DNA from: Rhizaria sp. SCN 62-66
Lineage: Eukaryota
DNA length: 64,000 nt
Assembly: GCA_001724265.1 (NCBI GenBank)
Contig: MEDY01000003.1
Location: 1 to 64,000 of the forward strand
Direction: 5' to 3'
In this document: positions 57,801 through 64,000 of the stretch, piece by piece
How the letters are laid out: the number at the start of each line of letters is the position of its first letter
How positions within the stretch are numbered: position 1 is the first letter of the stretch
Notes under the pieces: generated by a model
Seen by the model: the letters and a program-made list of their open reading frames with translations, nothing else
Database searches by the model: none
Told to the model about the DNA's origin: nothing
Translations under genes and position numbers: made by a program

Positions 57801-60800
57801 CGAACTGGGCGGCTTTCGTGGATACGGGCGGACGCGGTCCGGTCCGCACCTCAGCGCCCATAAACTGTCGAGCCTCGTCCGAGTGCTCTCGAAGCAGCCG
57901 CTGCGGCGCATGAGGAACATCGCCGAGTGCACGTTCACGACGACGGGCGGCACGAGGAAGTCGCACTGCGACATGAGGGCGGCGTACTCGCGCTGGAGTG
58001 CGGCGAGCGCGGGGGCGACTGGGGAGTCCGCGGCGGATGCAGTTGCAGCAGAAATAGGGACCTCATAAGCACCAGAATCAGCATCAGCGCCGTTGAATGT
58101 GGGCGTTGTGACGGCTGTAGAGAGACTCCACTCCTTTGCAAAAAGATAACTACGACGCGAAGCGTTGGGAGCCTGGGCGTCAGCTGCGTCGGCGTTGGCC
58201 GCAGCAGCAGCAGCGGTGCCGGCAACGGGCGCATTAGCAATCACAGTGGCAATCTTGCCAGTTGCAGCTATGCCAGTCGCTTGACGTGTGATTGGAGCCT
58301 TTTGCGTATTACCAGCAGCGTTCGCGACAGATGACGCAACCGTTGACTGATGCATGAATGTGGGGACGAATCCAGAGAGCGAGCTGTTCCGGCTACGGCT
58401 CAGTTCGGTCTCCGCGCTCGCTTGCGTCAACGCAGTGGCAACGGCGTGCGCGCGCGCAGCCAACAGCCGCAGGCCCTCGTTGTATTGCCGCGTCCTGTCT
58501 TCACGGAGGTCGTCAAGTGAGTGCGTCGAGAACAAGTCAACCATCTTGGGCGACAGCATGAAGGCGGTGACATCGCGCACAGGTCGCATTTGCGACTCGT
58601 AGCGACGGAGGAGACGCGCTGCGAGGTCAAGCGCAGCAGCGGCCTCGGGACACTGTGGTGTGATGAGAGCACTAAATGGGTTGCGCTCGAAGCCAAACTC
58701 TGCAATGTCTTCCGCCTCTGCAGCGAGACCATACTGACTCAGAGCTTCAATTAACACGTGACTGGGCAGTTCGTCACCGAGTGTTCCATCACCACCGTCA
58801 TCACCGTCGCCGCCCACGTTGGTTGAACCACTACTCGCGCTGTTGTGGCTCGCTGCACGCGAAGAGACACCGTTGATGACGTCGTTGTTCTCGTCATTAA
58901 GGAGTCGCAGTAACACGTCACCAGCGCTGACTGTGGCAAGACCAAGGATGCCGTACACGTCTTCAGTCGCAACAGAAGGCGCGGCGCGGCGTTGTGGCAA
59001 GTTCACAAGAGAATATGCCTGGTGCAGGAACGCGGACACGCCGAGCACAGGACCGATGCCACCACCGGCCTGGTGACCATGAGAATGGCCGTGCTGCAAC
59101 GACTGCTGCGGATTAAACTGATTAAAGTTGCTCCCACCACCGCCGTTGTGACCAAACGGCATGAGCCTCGGAGTCGCACCGCCGCTCGAGCCGTTGCTGT
59201 TGCTATTGCTAGCTGCAGCTGCGGCGACAAGTGAGATGCCTGACTGTGCGTACCCTGCTGCGGTCGTGGGGAGCACACCACTGTACGAGTGACGCGGTGC
59301 GCTGGAGATACCAATACTGTTGTTGTGCGTCATTGCTGGAGGCATGCGCGACTGAGGTAGCGACGGCCTGGTGCCGAACAAAGGCGTGCTACCACCGCCG
59401 CTTGCACCAACACCTGCGCCAGTCAAGGAGCCGATGTTGTTGCTGCCCGAGCCCCACCGGCCCCATTTGGCGCTACCATTGTGACCAGATCCAGAGTTAG
59501 CACCTGCGCCGGACCACCGAGCCGTCATATCAGCACCAGGTGTCGCGTTACCGTTGTCATCTCCGATTGACGATGAGGTTTTGGTCGCTGAGTTGCCGGT
59601 CTTGTGCAACAACATACGGCCAGACACGAGCATGTCTTGCGTGATTGCGGCCTGCTCCTCCAGACGTTGTAGCGGGCCACCAGCACCAAGACCGCGCTGG
59701 AACGACACCGGCAGCGACGCAAGGGGGCCGAAGCCGGGCGTGCTGCTGCCGCCAACGCTCAAGCTGATGCCGGCGGACAGTGCAGCGGCGGAGGGCGTGG
59801 CGCCACCAGACGAGAGGCCAACTGCAGCCGATGCCGACACGCGGCGTGGAGGGCCAGACATCGGCGACGGTGCAGTAATGCTGTTGTAGCGCGCAAAGGG
59901 AAACCCTCCGACTGCAGCAGCCATAGCTGCAGTTGTAGACGAGGCAGCGGCTGCGGTCTGCACTGACTGCAGGACAGGGACGGGCTTGACAGCGCCATCG
60001 GCAATGGCAGTAAGCAGGGGACCAATCTCAGGGTCCTTGCGCAGCTTGGCACGCGTGACCGCGAGCGGTAGCGATACGGGTGCACAATCGGCGTCGATAT
60101 CGAACTCGTCATCATCACTGTCGTGCAGGCCTTCGGTGCTGACTGTGAGCAGCGCGGACCGTAGCTCAGAGCCTTCGACTGACCATGCGACAGAGGTGTT
60201 GAGACCGCCGACCATAGCACTCACATCAAGGTCTGGCTCGTCAGACACAGTCGCAGAGTTCGCGCTGTTGTTGGCAGCGCTCGTGGCATTGCCGAAGAGT
60301 GCCGCGGTCGCGGTCACGGTCGCAGCAGCGGTCGCGAATTTGCGCTTCACGAGAGCGCGCGCCGCGGCGCGGAGGTGACGCTTGTTATAATACTCGCGCG
60401 CACGTACCGCCGCAACGGCATCGCTTCCAGCCATCAAGCCCGTCAGTACAGCATCAACACCGCCGTTACCAGTCGGCGACGTGATGTTGCGCGATCCGGG
60501 GCGTGACGACGACTGTGCGCGCGACGCAGGCCGAGGTAGGATTGAGGGTACCTCCCAGAAAGTCCGCGGCGGGCGCACGAAGGGGGAGTCGGGCAGGAAC
60601 GACGCCCCACCAGAGGCTGTCGGAGAGGGAGGCTCAGAGCCGCCACCATCCGAGTCAGAGCCGGCGCCACTCGCGAGGCTGCCGCGGCGGCCCTGCCTCG
60701 CGCGCCGAGCGCCCCTGCCGGAGAGCTGCGACTGCAGCGGCTGCGTGTGCTGCTGCGGCTGCGAGGGCGCGAACTTTTCGTGCATCCCGCCGTCGTCGGG

Positions 60801-63800
60801 GAACTCGCGCTGAATGTGCGGCAGCAGGCACCGCTCGAGCAGGAACGCGAGAGTGCGCGCGAGCCGCAGCCGGTGCAGCACGGGGAACGCGGCCGCCGTC
60901 GTTTGAGTGTGCGCCGGCGCAGAAGGAAGGCCCGGGAGCGGGTCGGGAGAAAGCGGAGCCGTGTTGACCGCGCTGCTGCTGTTGGGACCGCTACTTTGCG
61001 CAAGAGCAGCAGCAGCGGCCGCAGCGGCAACAGCAGTCGCGGCCGTCGGCGAAGGTGCAGGACTGGGACCGTTGCCAAAGTTAAACGCAGTGCGCTGGCC
61101 TTCGGTGAGTGCGACAGCGGCCATCGTGGGCGTGCTAGCAGCGACGGCAGCGGCAGCCGCAGCAGCGGCATTGGCTGCTGCAGTCGCGTTCGCTGCCGCG
61201 TTAGCAGCAGCTGCAGCGGACGCGGCGACTGCAGCAGCCGCGGTGGCCCTCTCAGTGTTTCCGAGGGCAGGGGCGAGCACGGTGGGCAGCAGCCTGCAGT
61301 GTGGAGAGAAGAGGAACGCAGCAACCGCATTGCGCGTCTGGCCCCAGCGCGCGGTGAGCGTGCGGACAGCAGCTGCAAGTTCGTCCGCAGAGTGCAGCTG
61401 ATGCGGCAGCGGATAGAGTGACAGCTGCGAGCACGGAGCAGGCAACTGCATGACACCACCATTACTACTGCTACTCGAACCTGTACCATCAGCGTATGCG
61501 TCAGCATCAGCATCGGTGTCTTTGCTGTTGGAAATGCTTGTGGGAGCAAGCACGAGAGACAGAAGCTTGTCCTGTGCCAGCCTGCGCGCGTCAGCATTGC
61601 GCTCAGTCTCAACCATGCGCGTCAGCGGCGATGGAGTGACCGTGAGCAGACGGACCGGGGCCCACCAAGCTGCACGTTGCAGTTGCAGCGTCTTCTTCGG
61701 AGTCGCATTCGCGCCTTTATCCTTCGCGGTTTTGCCGGTATTTCCGGAGGCAGACGCGATGATCGGGGCAGGAAGGTCTGCGAGCGCGCGCGCAGCGGCA
61801 GTCGCCAGCCCAGTCGGCACGCCTCTAGGGAGCAGCAACGCGCACGACTCAGCCCTGTGCTGCAACAGCGCCATCGCTCGAAGTGCAGACGGGCCAGAGC
61901 GCGCGGCAAGCACAAGAGACAATGCAGCACGCTCGTCCGCCACAAGAGAAAGCGAGTGTGGGATGAGAGCGCGGGGAAGCACTGTGGTGGCAGGAACGTG
62001 GCGGTGTGCATGAAGCAAGTGCGTTGCGGTGATGTCGTTTGTGAGAGAGCGCTGGCGGGCAGCAAGAGCAAACTCCTCGTCCCGGACAACGCGAGTGACG
62101 AGGTCTTCTTCCTCTTTTTGCTCCTGCATCTTCTGATCGTGATCCTGCTGTTGCAGTTGCTCCTTCGCCGTCGCACCAACAGTCTCAGGATCAAAGACCA
62201 CGCGCTTGTCCTTCTTATTCTTTTTCTTGTCCTTCTTATCCTTCTTGTTCTTCTTCCGGTGCCGATTGGAGCTGCCAAAGCCATATTCATCATTCCCGGC
62301 GTCATCAGCGTTGCCAGCATCCCACGTTTGCCAGTCCCAGTCAGCACCCGCGCCAGCGACAGGACTAGCACCAGCGTCAGCGCCAGTGTTTGCACTGCCG
62401 CCGTAGTCGCCATCATGCTTGTAGTCATCGACCATGCCAGCGTCGTCGCTAAAACCAGTCATTGCGGCCTGGTAGAAACCGCTTTCCTCAGCCTCAAGCT
62501 CAGCTGTTGCGCCTGCAACTTCCTTTGCACGCTTGTTAGCCTCTTCCTCAGCAGCGCGTGCTTGCTCGCCGACCTTGCTCTCACCCTTGGCCATCGCAAG
62601 CCGACGCACAACGCGGACCTTAGCCGCCCGCAGCGCGCGCCACTCGCTGTAAGGCTCAGTGTCCATGCGGTGCGCATGCGGTGTGGCGAGCTCGAGCGCA
62701 TGCTCACTCAGCAGTGGACCGCTCCATTCGCGGCCGGGCGCGAACACACGGCAGTGGCTGCTGCGAAGGAGTCGAAGCAGCTCGCCAGCAATGCGCGGGA
62801 GCTGAGAGCGGAGGCCAGCGACGGCGGCGGTGAGCGGACCGAAACGAGACAGAGATGAGAGGGCAGGCAACGGCAACGGGGACGGGTAGCGCGGCAGGAT
62901 AACGCCACGGCGGTCACATTGAGGACGGGAAAGCCTGTGCAAGACAGCAGAGCTACCACTAGAGGGTGACTGTTGCGAGTCAGCATACTCGGAAGCAACG
63001 GAGACGAATGCTACGGAAGCGCGTTTGAGTTGATCTGCCAGAGCACGCGCATGCGCCGGGGGACGCACAAGCCATCCAGTGACCGCCGAGGAGTTGGGAA
63101 GTGCGCTGATCGTGGAACCGTTGTTGTCCGTGGTGAGTGCAACACCAGATTCGTCGTTACCAACGTCAAGCGGATAGCCTTGGGGCGCAAACACGGAAGC
63201 CCCGACTGGTGCTGTGGGCAGCGAGTACGAGAAGCATGCGAGCAGCTGGAAGATGTCAACGTACTCAGGATCCAGCTCTCCACTGAGAACCGCAAAGTCG
63301 TCACTGGGCGCAGCGGATGTAAGCGCTGACAGTAAACCGTGAAACCCGGTGAGCATCTCAGGCAGCGATTTATGGGTGGATGAAGCAAGCTTCTGACTAA
63401 AGTCATCCGCAAAAGCAAACGCACCGTTCACGTTGAACAACAGGTTGTCAATGCCGGTGAGATAGGACAGCGGGTCAGCGACGATATCGTCATCAGCGAT
63501 CAGAAGGCCTGTGAGAGTACGACGAGTGAGCGCATGGCCACCGTCGTCAAACCCAGCGCTGCCAACGTTGCTCAGGCTTTGCAAAAGACCGTTGTCGTCT
63601 GCAACACTCGAGTTCTCGCGATGCAAGCCTGTCGCCACGTCAGTGCCAGTGGTATCGAAAGAGAACACTGGTCGCTCACCGCTAGTACTTACGAAGACAC
63701 CAGAACCAGAACTTTCGTTGCTGTTGCCAAATGCACTGGAACGTCCAAAGGCACGGTCCTGCGAGCGCACAACAGGCTCGTCCTCATCATCCTCAGCCTC

Positions 63801-64000
63801 TGCAAGAGTGGAGAGGGCAGTGGTGTACGTCGTCGACATCTGATGCTGCTGTGGAGGCTGCGGATGTTGAGACACCGGCTGTAGCTGGTGCTGTTGTTGC
63901 TGCTGTTGCGCGATCTGAGAAGCCCTCTTCTGTGCGTTGGCGTTTGCGGTCGCAGCAGATTTCTTGCCCGGAGCGGCAATCAGTGCGCGCCGCATCGCCC
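54879..64000 (-). CDS. Hypothetical >=3038-aa low-complexity protein; the start may lie beyond the window
   Basis: Uninterrupted ORF 54879..63995, frame open to the window edge; stop TGA; no recognisable domain. Confidence 0.75.
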   Translation of the reverse strand, partial: AMRRALIAAPGKKSAATANANAQKRASQIAQQQQQQHQLQPVSQHPQPPQQHQMSTTYTTALSTLAEAEDDEDEPVVRSQDRAFGRSSAFGNSNESSGSGVFVSTSGERPVFSFDTTGTDVATGLHRENSSVADDNGLLQSLSNVGSAGFDDGGHALTRRTLTGLLIADDDIVADPLSYLTGIDNLLFNVNGAFAFADDFSQKLASSTHKSLPEMLTGFHGLLSALTSAAPSDDFAVLSGELDPEYVDIFQLLACFSYSLPTAPVGASVFAPQGYPLDVGNDESGVALTTDNNGSTISALPNSSAVTGWLVRPPAHARALADQLKRASVAFVSVASEYADSQQSPSSGSSAVLHRLSRPQCDRRGVILPRYPSPLPLPALSSLSRFGPLTAAVAGLRSQLPRIAGELLRLLRSSHCRVFAPGREWSGPLLSEHALELATPHAHRMDTEPYSEWRALRAAKVRVVRRLAMAKGESKVGEQARAAEEEANKRAKEVAGATAELEAEESGFYQAAMTGFSDDAGMVDDYKHDGDYGGSANTGADAGASPVAGAGADWDWQTWDAGNADDAGNDEYGFGSSNRHRKKNKKDKKDKKKNKKDKRVVFDPETVGATAKEQLQQQDHDQKMQEQKEEEDLVTRVVRDEEFALAARQRSLTNDITATHLLHAHRHVPATTVLPRALIPHSLSLVADERAALSLVLAARSGPSALRAMALLQHRAESCALLLPRGVPTGLATAAARALADLPAPIIASASGNTGKTAKDKGANATPKKTLQLQRAAWWAPVRLLTVTPSPLTRMVETERNADARRLAQDKLLSLVLAPTSISNSKDTDADADAYADGTGSSSSSNGGVMQLPAPCSQLSLYPLPHQLHSADELAAAVRTLTARWGQTRNAVAAFLFSPHCRLLPTVLAPALGNTERATAAAAVAASAAAAANAAANATAAANAAAAAAAAVAASTPTMAAVALTEGQRTAFNFGNGPSPAPSPTAATAVAAAAAAAALAQSSGPNSSSAVNTAPLSPDPLPGLPSAPAHTQTTAAAFPVLHRLRLARTLAFLLERCLLPHIQREFPDDGGMHEKFAPSQPQQHTQPLQSQLSGRGARRARQGRRGSLASGAGSDSDGGGSEPPSPTASGGASFLPDSPFVRPPRTFWEVPSILPRPASRAQSSSRPGSRNITSPTGNGGVDAVLTGLMAGSDAVAAVRAREYYNKRHLRAAARALVKRKFATAAATVTATAALFGNATSAANNSANSATVSDEPDLDVSAMVGGLNTSVAWSVEGSELRSALLTVSTEGLHDSDDDEFDIDADCAPVSLPLAVTRAKLRKDPEIGPLLTAIADGAVKPVPVLQSVQTAAAASSTTAAMAAAVGGFPFARYNSITAPSPMSGPPRRVSASAAVGLSSGGATPSAAALSAGISLSVGGSSTPGFGPLASLPVSFQRGLGAGGPLQRLEEQAAITQDMLVSGRMLLHKTGNSATKTSSSIGDDNGNATPGADMTARWSGAGANSGSGHNGSAKWGRWGSGSNNIGSLTGAGVGASGGGSTPLFGTRPSLPQSRMPPAMTHNNSIGISSAPRHSYSGVLPTTAAGYAQSGISLVAAAAASNSNSNGSSGGATPRLMPFGHNGGGGSNFNQFNPQQSLQHGHSHGHQAGGGIGPVLGVSAFLHQAYSLVNLPQRRAAPSVATEDVYGILGLATVSAGDVLLRLLNDENNDVINGVSSRAASHNSASSGSTNVGGDGDDGGDGTLGDELPSHVLIEALSQYGLAAEAEDIAEFGFERNPFSALITPQCPEAAAALDLAARLLRRYESQMRPVRDVTAFMLSPKMVDLFSTHSLDDLREDRTRQYNEGLRLLAARAHAVATALTQASAETELSRSRNSSLSGFVPTFMHQSTVASSVANAAGNTQKAPITRQATGIAATGKIATVIANAPVAGTAAAAAANADAADAQAPNASRRSYLFAKEWSLSTAVTTPTFNGADADSGAYEVPISAATASAADSPVAPALAALQREYAALMSQCDFLVPPVVVNVHSAMFLMRRSGCFESTRTRLDSLWALRCGPDRVRPYPRKPPSSRVDKTIADADSTSVSDERKDDSGMEAKSTPDATTLENDKSRAVSLGPTRRAPTIPGHDNSEEAKGDVSAKSAAHVVVASSVAVGDSDVHARHNKLMSDMRREMPQSRPSVESQAGTGILKVASNPVHTNNAAMLAQALRNQRQRRSVQAISGIGHATPVSHRTRSIAAAMEAAATAAVATPTAPLPPPEPTAAAKLALLRHRSFDWRRSPLRSLPALARALRGCARANAREATDAAQNVAGVLAGADDALPGDERTESLSSFVDGDALSAAMAAAAVNATASAKARKLRVGQQSLTPQSLTPSQSSQSSLKQTSPRGRVRTSADRPSFTNNGHSPGVSAASPTTPALGALNTFGSPSFLAPTQDQSPRTAGASASSGNDWWGTADPWGGATWAANVNSGTLGSGWGVPDPVAYDYTQSSNDHYGGEGNRFYDGADGFGESAGQDSAMRRINGRQFGGVEEGDDADDTRTATVEPQTEEEAAAEAAAEANAIANAIDAATARRALDEAGANEEAQDAFTQHQQPSMWQPVDSAGATGTLVPNVTLSPTILGPGQRLGHQGRARAVSSVMEEEEEDAERGTPSGGSFDDPQRGQGLLHSPSQFHRPEFVSASEHEQKQDDVTVVTAVDATLAATALPTDSNHSANIALETTVSDDKRGLFSDVHFYGNNLATSPSDAPTSDNNATVVVAGTEVSNNNNTGRTALASPTHTTSDTASGGHALASPVNDTSSGSRVTSPTVSAASGGASTALASPTIAGLNEGLLSLPGRGHTRSGSFMGLSTETSDVTTRPLPPALAAPLRPARKLSQSHIVIPPSVLETAANENAAVFGNNDISSTDVNTDAAGIGQAVTHVVTEPPFVISVATAAEPAAESTAATAIPVLIGQQQTHATPPIPAGTLSVTPAPGLIVTIPVEDATEAEATSATASATAATTGAVMVAASADGSAAGEPVTMRGLEEEQAEVARQQQPQDQAQQQ

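Overview
Eukaryotic (protist-like) nuclear DNA: GC-rich, intron-poor genes with very large Ala/Ser/Gln low-complexity expansions, separated by AT-rich spacers. Genes in order: a giant protein with a degenerate kinesin-like domain plus an array of about 27 WH2/beta-thymosin (actobindin-like) modules (-, runs off the left edge); an SPF45/RBM17 N-terminus-like protein (+); SAP18 (-, 2 introns); three tandem monomeric ubiquitin genes (one intact, two with internal deletions); an unknown ~1095-aa helical protein (-); a neuferricin/CYB5D2-like protein (-, 1 intron); a ~3660-aa protein with a His-to-Asn pseudo-HPt domain (+, 1 intron); a 3521-aa protein with a possible N-terminal longin-like domain (-); a hugely expanded TBCK (+, 1 intron); and a >=3038-aa unknown protein (-). 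Main finding: eight in-frame TAG codons interrupt four otherwise continuous genes, several within Gln runs and two between conserved neuferricin motifs, while every genuine gene end seen is TAA or TGA. This indicates a non-standard nuclear code with UAG as a sense codon (most likely Gln) and UAA/UGA still stops. All homology calls are by eye from remembered family motifs; no searches were run.
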